Numbered from the stretch's first letter, positions 38,407-47,584 are shown. The stretch: 64,000 nucleotides of DNA from Nitrospira sp. (GCA_047150005.1 AP038806.1:256001-320000); one strand, 5' to 3'. The notes: a model not told the origin generated them from the sequence alone. Program-made: numbers and translations.

Positions 38407-38640
38407 GAGAAGAAACCGGTGTCAGGGACCGTTTTCGCGCGCATTGATCCTGGATCTTCCTAGGAGCCTGTCTGACATTGACAACAATCACGGAGCGGAG
38501 CCAACGGGTGTCAGGAACTGCTTCGGAAGATGCAGATGGGAGAGTCGTCTCAGCGGGTGTGAGGCGGGAGGTGGTGTCCCGTGACGCCCTTGCGGTCCTG
38601 AGTCGGCATGGAAACGGTTCCTGACACCGTTTTTCTTCTC
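38407..38640. repeat. ~230 bp REP/MITE-like element, copy 1, with terminal inverted repeats
   Basis: Left gagaagaaaccggtgtcagggaccgttt; right aaacggttcctgacaccgtttttcttctc. Body is repeated at 39455-39672. Confidence 0.85.
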
Positions 38641-38725
38641 ACTCACCGTTTTTCTTCTCAACTACATCGCACTCGATAATCCCTTCGCTGCAGCCCGAAC
38701 CCGATGAGCGAAGCAATGCGGCGAC

Positions 38726-38770
38726 TTGACCTCCTAACAGGCCTGTCGTACAATTTGTACATTTTGTTCA
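38726..38770 (+). promoter_or_regulatory. TA promoter with palindromic operator
   Basis: TTGACC-17bp-TACAAT, overlapped by the GTACAAtTTGTAC palindrome and TGTACA (the YefM-type operator core). Confidence 0.75.
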
Positions 38771-38804
38771 ATCGGGAGACCTGGGAACGTAGAAGGAGAA
38801 CACC

Positions 38805-39059
38805 ATGGCTCATCTGCCGGCCAGCAAGGCGAGACAGGGATTTGCCGACACCATTAATAGGGCAGCCTACGGGAAAGAACGTGTCGTGGTGCGTCGTCGC
38901 GGGAAAGAAGTGGCTGCGGTGGTGCCGATCGACGATTTGCGTTTGCTCGAAGAACTGGAAGATCGAATCGATCTGGCCGATGCTCGCGCTGCGCTGGCTG
39001 AAACAAAGAAGAAAGGGGCTAAATCACTCGACACAATTCTAAAGGATCTCAAACTGTAG
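38805..39059 (+). CDS. Phd/YefM-family antitoxin
   Basis: S.AR..F...IN......ERVVV.RRGK.VAAVVP; acidic C-terminus; AAGGAG RBS. Confidence 0.88.
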   Translation: MAHLPASKARQGFADTINRAAYGKERVVVRRRGKEVAAVVPIDDLRLLEELEDRIDLADARAALAETKKKGAKSLDTILKDLKL

Positions 39060-39065
39060 CTTCTG

Positions 39066-39323
39066 ATGGGCTATTCGATCCTTCTCGCACCGCCCGCGGA
39101 ACGCCAACTCCACTCGTTCTCCCCTGCCATTCAGAAACGCCTCGTCAAACGTATGAAGGCCTTGCAGCACGATCCTCGTCCGGCAGGCGTAAAGAAACTT
39201 GCCGGCGGCGACGATCTCTACCGCATCCGCAAAGGCGACTATCGGATCATCTACATGATCCAGGACAAGGAGCTGACCGTCCTCGTCCTCAAGATCGGAG
39301 ACCGGAAAGAAGTCTATCGGTAA
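39066..39323 (+). CDS. RelE/ParE-family toxin (RelE/StbE-like)
   Basis: PRP.G.KKL.G...YRIR.GDYRIIY.I.D..L.V.V..IG.R.EVY. Confidence 0.92.
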   Translation: MGYSILLAPPAERQLHSFSPAIQKRLVKRMKALQHDPRPAGVKKLAGGDDLYRIRKGDYRIIYMIQDKELTVLVLKIGDRKEVYR

Positions 39324-39454
39324 CCATCATGTCCTAGCCCAACCTTGCTGCTTCTCGGTTTGTGATTTGTGTCGAGAGCAAGACCTTGGACTCCCTTCCG
39401 CCGCCTTCTTCTCAGTGATTCTTGTCGCTGACGCCAGCGAGAAACACGGTTAGC

Positions 39455-39672
39455 GAGAAAACGGTGTCAGAAACTGCTTTCTTGCGCACTGATCCTGGAA
39501 CTTCCCAGGACATTGACAACAATCACGAGCGGAGCCAATGGGTGTCAAAAACTGTTTCGGGAGATGCAGATGAGAGAGTCTCCCAGCGGGTGTGACGCGA
39601 GAGGTGATGTGCCGTGACGCCCTTGTCGTCCTGAGTCGGCAGGGAAACGGTTCCTGAGACCTTCCCCTTCTC
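39455..39672. repeat. REP/MITE-like element, copy 2 (direct orientation)
   Basis: Shares gacattgacaacaatcac, gatgcagatg, ccgtgacgcccttg, cctgagtcggca and ggaaacggttcctga with copy 1. Confidence 0.85.
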
Positions 39673-39742
39673 TTCGGGCATTGCCGCGGCTCGTGACCTG
39701 GTAGACGGCGCCGGAAAATTCAATGCTCAGCGGACGGGCCAT
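39670..39742 (-). pseudogene. N-terminal fragment of a REP-associated tyrosine transposase (RAYT, IS200/Y1 family)
   Basis: MARPLSIEFSGAVYQVTSRGNAR matches the canonical MARPLRIEFPGA.YHVTSRGN start and is cut off at repeat copy 2. Confidence 0.8.
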
Positions 39743-39948
39743 GAGGCGGGACAACTCCCGCACTCCAATAAGTGCACCGCTTCTCGTTTGAACTCCGGCG
39801 TAAACTGGTGGCGTGCACCCATGCGACACCTCCTCGGGGATGTTGTCCCCATTCACAGGTGTCTGTCAAATCCTGGCCACTTCAACCTGACCCTCTTTGA
39901 AGATCCCCTTTGAATGGACTGATAATTGAGTCTCCGGAAGGACCTGAT

Positions 39949-40389
39949 TCAGAGTGGCAGATGCATATAGCCCCAATCGAGCAACCAGTGGACGAACGAG
40001 TAGAGCGCATAGTACGCGACCATAAACAGGGGGCCGAAAACAACACCGCCAATCAATGAGCCCTCAAACCCTTCGCTCAGAGCAAACCCAAACCGAGTCC
40101 TTATGCTCCCTTGAGCGCGAAGCCAGGCATCGACACCAATCCATATTCCGATTCCCAACAAGATGAGAAAGTACATATACTGATTGAAAATTGGGGAGTA
40201 AAGGATGTAGAGGCGCAGGTCATCTGCCCACCATAGTGAATTCCACCCGCTGTAGGCCATATAAGTTAATGAAAGCAAAACTCCGACGAAAGTGACGCAT
40301 CCGAGTAAAGTCCAAGCCAGCCAGAAAAGAACACGACGGACAAAGGCGTCCTTCACAACATCAAATAACCACTCTAAGAGTAAAGCCAT
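39949..40389 (-). CDS. Hypothetical AT-richer membrane protein (may extend to 40466 via a frameshift)
   Basis: Several hydrophobic segments. An upstream hydrophobic mini-ORF (MTIGGVSIF...) overlaps it across a T-run. Confidence 0.55.
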   Translation of the reverse strand: MALLLEWLFDVVKDAFVRRVLFWLAWTLLGCVTFVGVLLSLTYMAYSGWNSLWWADDLRLYILYSPIFNQYMYFLILLGIGIWIGVDAWLRAQGSIRTRFGFALSEGFEGSLIGGVVFGPLFMVAYYALYSFVHWLLDWGYMHLPL

Positions 40390-40482
40390 ATAAAAAATGA
40401 AAATAGACCTACTGCGCTCAGAGTCAGGATCAGAATCACGAAAATCGAGACCCCGCCAATTGTCATAGATTCACCTGTCCAG

Positions 40483-40720
40483 CAGGCTGTTGAAAAACGC
40501 TCGTTTTGCAGGCGTGATCTCGTGATAATTTGGATTCGCCCCATAAATATCCAGATCTCCTCAGATACTCCGCACCACCCACGGCTGCTCACTTCGGCGC
40601 CCACCGGGTCCTTGTGCCGTTGCTCCCGGCGGCCGCAAGCGACTGAGCCGCAGCAGGTTGTACGCCGCGACGACCATATAGCTGGCCTATTGCGTGCGCA
40701 CCATGCCCCGAAACCGGCTC
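40483..40720 (-). mobile_element. IS5/IS1182-like element remnant (transposase C-terminus plus right end)
   Basis: SRFRGMVRTQ*ASYMVVAAYNLLRLSRL with an internal stop, followed by the end-like sequence TTTTTCAACAGCCTG. Confidence 0.7.
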
Positions 40721-40845
40721 TGGTCTATAAAATGGGGTCTGTTTCCATAATCGGGGCCACCTCAGGTCTTGCAATCGTACATTGGCTCCACAGAAAGCAT
40801 GATTTCTCTTTCTCCAATCAACCAAGTTCGCTTCGCTGATCCGAG

Positions 40846-41592
40846 CTATCTTTCTTCTGGCGGAATAGCGTTTGACCGGCGGCTCAATACAATCAACGCG
40901 CCGACCGTGAGGATCAGCAGCCAAAGGGTGGGCCGCCCATAGGAGGGATCGGAGAATTCAATCAGATCGGTGAGGCGGCCAATCAGGAGCGACATGCGGG
41001 CCATGACCGTATAGCCGAAGGCCGCGCCGAATGAGATCATCAAGAAGAGCATGCCGGTTCTGGCGACGACCTTGCCCGGGCCGCTGTGCTCGATCGAGAA
41101 GAAGAAGTAAAAGAGCACGGAACTCACCCCGATCAGGATGATGATCGCATTCAGATTGCTGGCGGGATTCAGCAGGTTCATCGAGAACGTGACATCGCCG
41201 CCGACCAGTGAGAGCAAGGGCCTGACCGTATCCTCGATCTGTTTCAGGATGAACGACGAAATCGTGCGCGGGATCGCCAGGCCCGTTCCGACCCCCACGA
41301 TGAACGCGAATGCATAGCGCGACATCCAGGCCGCCTTCGGCGCGTAGCGGGTGAGCATCGAAAGCCCGATCGCGACCGGAATCAACAGCGCGACGTCGCC
41401 CTGCTCGACAATCGGTTTGACGATCAGATGCACAACGACCGTGTCGTAGGCCTTCACGATCGTGTAGCCGACCGAGACGCCGACATACAGATGCTCCGCC
41501 AATTTGAAGAGCGGGTTATCCTTATAGAGAAAGGAAAAAATGAAGAGGGTCAGCCCCGTCGCGACCCAGGCGCCGAGTATTGTTGCATCCAT
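40846..41592 (-). CDS. Uncharacterised multi-TM membrane protein (GlmL operon gene 7)
   Basis: About 7 hydrophobic helices; motifs SFLYKDNP.F..AEH and FGAAFGYTVMAR.SLLIGR. Confidence 0.85.
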   Translation of the reverse strand: MDATILGAWVATGLTLFIFSFLYKDNPLFKLAEHLYVGVSVGYTIVKAYDTVVVHLIVKPIVEQGDVALLIPVAIGLSMLTRYAPKAAWMSRYAFAFIVGVGTGLAIPRTISSFILKQIEDTVRPLLSLVGGDVTFSMNLLNPASNLNAIIILIGVSSVLFYFFFSIEHSGPGKVVARTGMLFLMISFGAAFGYTVMARMSLLIGRLTDLIEFSDPSYGRPTLWLLILTVGALIVLSRRSNAIPPEER

Positions 41593-41602
41593 AGGAAAGA
41601 GG

Positions 41603-41651
41603 CCCCTCACCCTCCCCTCACCCTCCCCTCTCCCCAGATGGGGCGAGGGAA
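41603..41651. repeat. REP-like palindrome (CCCTCACCCTCCCCTCTCCC...GAGGG)
   Basis: Duplicated ccctcaccctcc, then ccctctccccagatggggcgaggg forming a hairpin. Confidence 0.65.
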
Positions 41652-41662
41652 ATGCGATCAAT

Positions 41663-42490
41663 CTAACCCTGTTTCGTCTGCCGCAACGAGAAATAGAACA
41701 GGTTGCACATGATGACGAGTACGATAATCGCCATGTGCGTGGCCGATTGCGCGTCCATCCCGGCCACAGCCCGTCCCTTTTGGCCGATCAAGCTTTCGTA
41801 TTCCGCTGCCCCGCGCAGACCGCCGATCAAGCCGTTGATCTGCCCGCTCCGCAGCAAGGGATAGAGCCCCGGCGCCATCACACCCGTGCAGCCGCCGCCC
41901 AATTCGAACTTGTATTTGTCTTTGCCGAACACATACCAGGCTTCCACGCCGGGATTGCCCGCTCCGAGGCTGACGGCATAACTCACGTCCTTCAAACTCT
42001 GCACCCCTTCCAACACCGGGAGACCCTTCGTCGCCTTGCCTCCGTAGTCGCTCGGGAATGCCTGATACAGATCCTGTCCCATGTTGATGATGACGGCGCT
42101 CCCGCCGGGGCTCCACCCGAGAAACACGTAGTCCGTCCCGTTTTCTTTTCCGAGCTCGTGGGAGACCTGGCTGATGATTTGGTCGGCCAAGCCAGTGCCG
42201 GTCACCCAGAGCGTCATCGCCACGACGCGGAGATTCTTCCTGAAGGCGTGACGAAGCAAGGCGATCGCCTGCGGATGCAGCTCCGGCTTTGAGGCCGGAT
42301 CAAAATCGAGCGACAGCAGCAGCACCGACCGCTCGGGCAAGCCTTCGACGTAATCGTAGACGCTCCGGACCTCGGACGAGATCCGGATCGGCAGCCCGAC
42401 CGGGTACAGCAACGGCAAAAGCGTACAGAGGCCGATCACCAGAAAGATGATCCGCCGATCGATGCGCAACATGCGCTCAGCGAAAGTCAC
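41663..42490 (-). CDS. Uncharacterised membrane-anchored protein (operon gene 6)
   Basis: GTG start after AGGAG. TM - soluble alpha/beta domain - TM; motifs DRR.I, GAAEYE, MDAQS..H. Confidence 0.85.
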   Translation of the reverse strand: MTFAERMLRIDRRIIFLVIGLCTLLPLLYPVGLPIRISSEVRSVYDYVEGLPERSVLLLSLDFDPASKPELHPQAIALLRHAFRKNLRVVAMTLWVTGTGLADQIISQVSHELGKENGTDYVFLGWSPGGSAVIINMGQDLYQAFPSDYGGKATKGLPVLEGVQSLKDVSYAVSLGAGNPGVEAWYVFGKDKYKFELGGGCTGVMAPGLYPLLRSGQINGLIGGLRGAAEYESLIGQKGRAVAGMDAQSATHMAIIVLVIMCNLFYFSLRQTKQG

Positions 42491-42510
42491 AATGTCGCTC
42501 CTACGTCGCG

Positions 42511-42593
42511 TAGCAATCAGCTCTCAGCTATCAGCAGTCAGCTCATCCGACGTCATCAAGCAGCTGAACGCTGATGGCTGAATGCTAACAGCT
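42511..42593. repeat. Inverted heptamer tandem repeats (TCAGCnn / GCTGAnn)
   Basis: aatcagctctcagctatcagcagtcagc ... gctgaacgctgatggctgaatgctaacagct. Confidence 0.75.
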
Positions 42594-42597
42594 CGCA

Positions 42598-43248
42598 TTA
42601 TTCTTTTCCCCCGCCAAGATACGACCGTTCGACGCCGAAGATGATTTTGAACGAAAGCGCCACCGCGCCCAAGCTCACGCCGATCAAGATGGCGCGGCGC
42701 ACGGACGCGTTCAGGACGTTCAAAATCCACGACGACACATCCCCGCTCAACGGAATCAGATACTCGCCCAGCGGCACGCGCCCCATCATGACGATGACCG
42801 CCGCAATCAACAGCACGGCCGCCTCGCGGCTTCTCGCTCGAAACGACCGGTACGCGGCCGAGGCGATGAAAAATGCCAGAATGGCAAACATGGTCCCTTG
42901 CAGCGGCACCAACATGAAGGAATAGATCCAGCCGAACGCCGTCATGGCGCCCTCGATGCTCTCCTTCCCGTTCACCCACAGCCCCGCGGCGATCGTGCCC
43001 AGCATGCCGGCGTACAGGACGACGCTGTAGCCCCATCCCGCTTCCTGCCGTCGGATCTTGGCCGCATGCTGCTGGAAGAGACTGGTCACGCCCAAGACCA
43101 GCGCGAAGCCGCCGATGATCTGGAGCCACTTCGTGACCGAGGTCAGCATCAGTTCCGAGGCCGGATGCGGGACATAGTATTGTCCGGCGAACAGCAATCC
43201 GGTGATCATCGTGATCAGGAGCGGCAGCCGGCGTCGAAGAAAAATCAT
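42598..43248 (-). CDS. Uncharacterised multi-TM membrane protein (operon gene 5)
   Basis: About 6 TMs; motifs TMFA.LAFF..SAAYR.FR.R..EA and G.ERSY; ATGA overlap with the upstream gene. Confidence 0.85.
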   Translation of the reverse strand: MIFLRRRLPLLITMITGLLFAGQYYVPHPASELMLTSVTKWLQIIGGFALVLGVTSLFQQHAAKIRRQEAGWGYSVVLYAGMLGTIAAGLWVNGKESIEGAMTAFGWIYSFMLVPLQGTMFAILAFFIASAAYRSFRARSREAAVLLIAAVIVMMGRVPLGEYLIPLSGDVSSWILNVLNASVRRAILIGVSLGAVALSFKIIFGVERSYLGGGKE

Positions 43249-44546
43249 TTCAGGTCCTTAAACAGATCCAGAAATAGTTGAGGCCACTGCGCGCCGGTCG
43301 CCACGCCGATCGTGGCCAGTACGGTGCCGACCATGATGACGCTCAAGATGACCGCCTTCCCGATGTCCTGACCGCGCAACGTGCCGATCTGAATCGGCTC
43401 TTTCGAGAGGTAGGCGCTCGCGGCATACAGCTCTTCCCCGATCAGGGTGTAGTCGCAAGTCGTGACGAAGAAGGGCAGTTGGTGATCCGAGTCCGTCCCA
43501 GCGATCTGAATCGCGCCGGTGCTAGCGCCGGTCTCGGTCAAGAGCAGTGATTCGGCGAAATAGGCGCCCATGAAGAAGTTCGCCGCCGGTTTTTTCCGCA
43601 GCATAATCCCGTCCACCGCCGCGGTGTAGCTGAATTGGTCGGAGGTGATGAAAAAGTTCGCGTCTTCCTTGAAGAGATCTGGCTTACCCGCCTCCAAATA
43701 CGACTGTTTGGTGATTTCCTGGCAGACGGCCATTGTGATGGGATCGCGATGGGGCACCATCAATTCCGTTTCATAGGCTGCTGTGCGTTTGGCCACCCGG
43801 CCGAGGATGACCGCCGCGGCGATGGTAGACGGATCACTCATGTCGTGCGCGCCGGTCAGATAGAGAATCGGCTTGCCCAATTCTGTCGATCGCCCGATCG
43901 CTTCATCGACCGCATCGAGACCGGGAATGCGACGAAGAAAGATCTCATTGCGCTTCGCATGGCTGATCGTGTAGAAGACCAGCCCCCCGAACGCGAGCGC
44001 GAGGATCAAATTGTTGAGCTGATTCCAGTTAAACCAATTGGACGCCGGCGCGGCGGTGAGCAACGGGCTGACGGCTCGATCTTCTCCCTTCACCAACGCC
44101 ACGGCGACCGTATAGGAGACGGCGTTTCTGAGGTCGATGCCCTTCCCACTCCTGATCACAAACTGATGCGAGGTTCGATCCGCCGCTCTCGTCCACCAGG
44201 CCGTTTTGACGTCTTTGACCAAGCGGCTGTTGGCCGGAAATTCCGTGACGACTTTCAGCGACGCGGCATCCGTCACCGTCCCATCGCCGATCAAGACCTG
44301 ATAGCGGGCATCCGGGCTATCCGACGCGCTCGACGCCCAGACCAGGGTCAGACTTTCGCCGCCATCGTTGGGCGTGTCAAAGACCTGAACGTCTTGCGGC
44401 GCGCTCAGCGGCACTTGAGCCGATGCGACAACCGCTGTCGAGCTCAGTAGCCAAACGACTACCAGAGGTTCGACCCACCATGAGCGATCGCATTTCCGCC
44501 TTGGGCCGGACCTTTTACCCCTTACCCCTGACCCCTTACCCCTCAC
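43245..44546 (-). CDS. DUF6754-like membrane protein with exported FN3-like N-domain (operon gene 4; true start probably downstream of 44546)
   Basis: Signal-like segment, APQDV...DTPNDGG...L.W, then a TM, IRRIPGL.A.DEAIGR.TE.GKP-type domain, FAESL, DY.LIGEELYAA.AY. The first ~12 codons are a heptamer repeat. Confidence 0.8.
   Translation of the reverse strand: MRGKGSGVRGKRSGPRRKCDRSWWVEPLVVVWLLSSTAVVASAQVPLSAPQDVQVFDTPNDGGESLTLVWASSASDSPDARYQVLIGDGTVTDAASLKVVTEFPANSRLVKDVKTAWWTRAADRTSHQFVIRSGKGIDLRNAVSYTVAVALVKGEDRAVSPLLTAAPASNWFNWNQLNNLILALAFGGLVFYTISHAKRNEIFLRRIPGLDAVDEAIGRSTELGKPILYLTGAHDMSDPSTIAAAVILGRVAKRTAAYETELMVPHRDPITMAVCQEITKQSYLEAGKPDLFKEDANFFITSDQFSYTAAVDGIMLRKKPAANFFMGAYFAESLLLTETGASTGAIQIAGTDSDHQLPFFVTTCDYTLIGEELYAASAYLSKEPIQIGTLRGQDIGKAVILSVIMVGTVLATIGVATGAQWPQLFLDLFKDLK
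44511..44546. repeat. Heptamer tandem repeat (TTACCCC)n
   Basis: ttttaccccttacccctgaccccttacccctcac. Confidence 0.7.
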
Positions 44547-44551
44547 GTCCG

Positions 44552-45676
44552 CTACGCTCCTTCAATCACCTCGATATTCGTGCGAGGAATCACGGCACGC
44601 CCACCATCGGCGAATCGAACCTCCAGCACCCGCACCTCGCTCTCCGTCGGAATCTTGGTGAGATCGGACGGCAACGCGGACACTTCGCCGATTTTGCCGA
44701 ACAAGGGATCGCGGATGATGCGGACCGGATCGCCGAGCCTGATGCCCTCACGCTGAGCCTGTGCGGCGGTCGAGCCGACCGCTGCCTCTTGAGGAATGAT
44801 AATTTCCGGCCGCATCACCCCGGCCCTGATCTGTGTGGCCCCCGAGATCGAGGCCTTTTGGCCCGCATGGGCTGAGAGTAGCTTGAAGGTCTTGGCAGCC
44901 ATGGGAATCGTTCCGAATCCTTCCGTCAGGATCAATGTGAACCCCACCTGCTCGGTTCCCGTGATCGCCACGCCGAGGTCATAGCCGAGCAACGCGCGGA
45001 GATCTTTATCATGAATGCCGCCGACGACCAAGCCGGCGACTCCGCACTCCTTCGCCCTGGCCATCGCCTCCGCCGACAACAACGATCCGCCGATCACGAT
45101 CTTGCCTTTCATCTCCGGCGTGAACGATGCCGGCAGGAGCGGCTGGTCGGGCGACGGCACCGCCACAACGATCTCTCCCCATGTCTCCCCTCCGATCCCG
45201 AAGATGCCTTGCACGAGACTACAGGAAGCTTCGACCACGACGCCCTGCCGAGGTATGGTCTCGGCCACCGTACCGTCGATGTACGCCAACACATCGAGCC
45301 GGCGGGGCGGCTCGCGCAGCAACACCTGCCCGGTCACCGTCGACAGCGATTCGATCGTGCCGGTGATCGGCGACCTGATCTCCGTCTTGAACCATTTGAT
45401 GAGCGGCTTGTTCTCGGCCAGGATTTCGTCCTTCTGCACGAGGTCGCCCTCTTGCTTCACCAGATAGTCTTTGATTTCATCCGGCGCGATGCTCAGTTGA
45501 TTGGCCAGATTGACCGGATAGACCTTCCCCGGTAACTCCACGCGCGCCACGGCTTGATCAGCCCGTACGCGATCGCCGGGATTCACCGAGACGGTCCCCG
45601 GCAAGGGCAAGAGCCGGCGGCGGCGGACCACCGTGCGCTCCGTGACCGTCAAACCGGGGGTATACGAGTGAGCCAT
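44552..45676 (-). CDS. Uncharacterised soluble protein with barrel-sandwich-hybrid-like repeats and KOW-like C-terminus (operon gene 3)
   Basis: V..GDRV, EGD.V.KDE.LA, SPI.GTI, QGIFG.GGE..G, TEGFG...M, GD.VRIIR.P.FG..G.V. Confidence 0.85.
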   Translation of the reverse strand: MAHSYTPGLTVTERTVVRRRRLLPLPGTVSVNPGDRVRADQAVARVELPGKVYPVNLANQLSIAPDEIKDYLVKQEGDLVQKDEILAENKPLIKWFKTEIRSPITGTIESLSTVTGQVLLREPPRRLDVLAYIDGTVAETIPRQGVVVEASCSLVQGIFGIGGETWGEIVVAVPSPDQPLLPASFTPEMKGKIVIGGSLLSAEAMARAKECGVAGLVVGGIHDKDLRALLGYDLGVAITGTEQVGFTLILTEGFGTIPMAAKTFKLLSAHAGQKASISGATQIRAGVMRPEIIIPQEAAVGSTAAQAQREGIRLGDPVRIIRDPLFGKIGEVSALPSDLTKIPTESEVRVLEVRFADGGRAVIPRTNIEVIEGA

Positions 45677-45682
45677 AAGAAC

Positions 45683-45757
45683 AATGTTGAATTTTTAATG
45701 TTGAATGTTGAATTGGACCTCAGACAATTAAACATTGAGCATTCAACATTACACATT
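45683..45757. repeat. AT-rich inverted heptamer repeats (AATGTTG / CAACATT)
   Basis: aatgttgaatttttaatgttgaatgttgaatt ... aattaaacattgagcattcaacattacacatt. Confidence 0.8.
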
Positions 45758-47584
45758 CGCCGTTGGATATAATCCAACGGCGCTAAACCATTTCGTCAGC
45801 GCCGCCACGCGAGCGGCCTGTTCGATCGGCAACCGCAACGGCCGGCCGCGTCCATCCAGCAGCAACCCGACTGCACCGCCTTGCACATCGCGCGTCACCG
45901 GCACATCGGCGCCGTGCCCAAGATCGATCGATTTCGCCGGTGTGATTGTGATCCTGGCTTGCTGATCCATCGCCAGGGAATAGACACGCAGATCACCCAT
46001 GTTCAGCCGATCCTTCACCACCTTGCCGTCGGAGAACCCGATCTCGTAATCGGCCAATCGCTCGCCCTCTTTCACTTGCCCGATCGGCGCGATGCAGGTC
46101 CCTAGATAGACCATGCAATCGCGCACGAAGACATCGGTCGCCGCCTGTTCGTCGATCGTCGAGAGCACGCCCAGATGCGGCATCATGAAAATGCTGTCCA
46201 CGGAAAGCCTGGTGAACCCCAGCGGCTCATAGGCATCGACCATCATCAGCATCGATTGCATGCGGCGCGGCGCGTGCGAGAGGATGCCGCCGCTCCCGAC
46301 GATCAAATCGAGCGCGAGCATATCGACGAGACTCTTGCCGGAGGTTTGCTGCTCGAACACATCGGAGATCGTCCGCTCCTGCTGTACCCCTTTCAATCCC
46401 GTCGCCAGCGACTTGTGATGGATCAGCGCCAATCGCAGCGCCTCGCGGGAGATCGCGTGCTCGATCTGCAATTCATCGAGCGTCTGCGGAATCGTCGTGG
46501 GGCGGATCATCTTGTTCTTGATACGATTGCGCAACGTCTGCTCGTCGATGGTGAAGGGCACCCAGCGCATGATGTTGGCCAAGCCCGCCTCCGCCAGCAC
46601 GTTCGAAATGCTGTAGGACATGCCGAGGTTCGCGCTGACGGTCCGATTGAAGACACCGTGAAAGACGGAGAAGACGTCCGTGGTCGCACCTCCGATATCG
46701 ACGCCGATCAAATTGAGGCGCTCCCGCTTGGCGATCGTCTCCATGATGACGCCGACCGCCGCGGGCGTGGGCATGATCGGGGCGCCTGCCATGTCGATGA
46801 GCTTCTTGTACCCGGGCGCCTGCTGCATGACGTGTTCAAGAAACAGGTCGTGAATTTTGTTGCGCGCCGGCGCCAAGTTTTCCTTTTCCAGCGCCGGCCG
46901 GATGTTCTCCGTGACCTCCAACGCGGTTTTGTCGCCGAGGATCTTCTTCACTTGCGGCTGGGCGTCTCTGTTGCCGGCATAGATGAGCGGCAACTTGTAG
47001 GTCGCGCCGAAACGCGGCCTGGGTTCCGCCGCCGCCACGTACTCGGCCATTTCCACCACGTGCGTGACCGCACCGCCGTCCGTACCGCCCGACATCAGGA
47101 TCATGTCGGGCCGCATCGACCGGATGCGGTCGATCTTTTCGTGCGGCAGCCTCCCATCGTTCGAGGCCAGCGCGTCGATCACGATCGCTCCGGCGCCGAG
47201 CGCCGCGCGTTGCGCGCTTTCACCCGTCATGTTCTGCACGACGCCGGTCACCATCATCTGCAACCCGCCGCCCGCGCTGCTGGTCGAGATGTAGAGATCG
47301 ACGCCGGTCTTGGCGTCGCGGCACGGTGTGATGATCCTGTCGCCGTCGAGAATTTTGCGGCCGGAGCGTTCTTCGATTTCGGCAATGGCGTTCAACACGC
47401 CGCGTGTCACGTCTTCGAACGGGGCCTCGACCGTGGTCGGCGCCTCGCCGCGATAGGTTTGACGATAGGCATCGCCGACTTTTTCGATGAGGATGGCCTT
47501 CGTCGTCGTGCTCCCGCAATCGGTGGCGACGATGACGTTGAGAGGGCGATCGATCTTGGGCGGGCTGGATGCGGAACCGGTCAT
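45749..47584 (-). CDS. Glutamate mutase L (GlmL/MutL)-like ASKHA-fold ATPase (operon gene 2)
   Basis: DCGSTTTK (phosphate 1), TSSAGGGL, GGTDGG, YAGN, MPTP.AV, DIGGATTD (phosphate 2), RTVSANLG, GSGG.LSH. Confidence 0.85.
   Translation of the reverse strand: MTGSASSPPKIDRPLNVIVATDCGSTTTKAILIEKVGDAYRQTYRGEAPTTVEAPFEDVTRGVLNAIAEIEERSGRKILDGDRIITPCRDAKTGVDLYISTSSAGGGLQMMVTGVVQNMTGESAQRAALGAGAIVIDALASNDGRLPHEKIDRIRSMRPDMILMSGGTDGGAVTHVVEMAEYVAAAEPRPRFGATYKLPLIYAGNRDAQPQVKKILGDKTALEVTENIRPALEKENLAPARNKIHDLFLEHVMQQAPGYKKLIDMAGAPIMPTPAAVGVIMETIAKRERLNLIGVDIGGATTDVFSVFHGVFNRTVSANLGMSYSISNVLAEAGLANIMRWVPFTIDEQTLRNRIKNKMIRPTTIPQTLDELQIEHAISREALRLALIHHKSLATGLKGVQQERTISDVFEQQTSGKSLVDMLALDLIVGSGGILSHAPRRMQSMLMMVDAYEPLGFTRLSVDSIFMMPHLGVLSTIDEQAATDVFVRDCMVYLGTCIAPIGQVKEGERLADYEIGFSDGKVVKDRLNMGDLRVYSLAMDQQARITITPAKSIDLGHGADVPVTRDVQGGAVGLLLDGRGRPLRLPIEQAARVAALTKWFSAVGLYPTANV

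Noticed and set aside
38407..39672. CRISPR array or integron attC interpretation of the repeats
   Set aside because: Only two long copies, no repeat-spacer periodicity, no cas or integrase gene, and no clear RYYYAAC/GTTRRRY boundaries.
45749..47584. Calling the locus glutamate fermentation (glutamate mutase) or DNA mismatch-repair MutL
   Set aside because: No GlmS/GlmE in the window, and the motifs are ASKHA-type rather than the GHKL motifs of mismatch-repair MutL.
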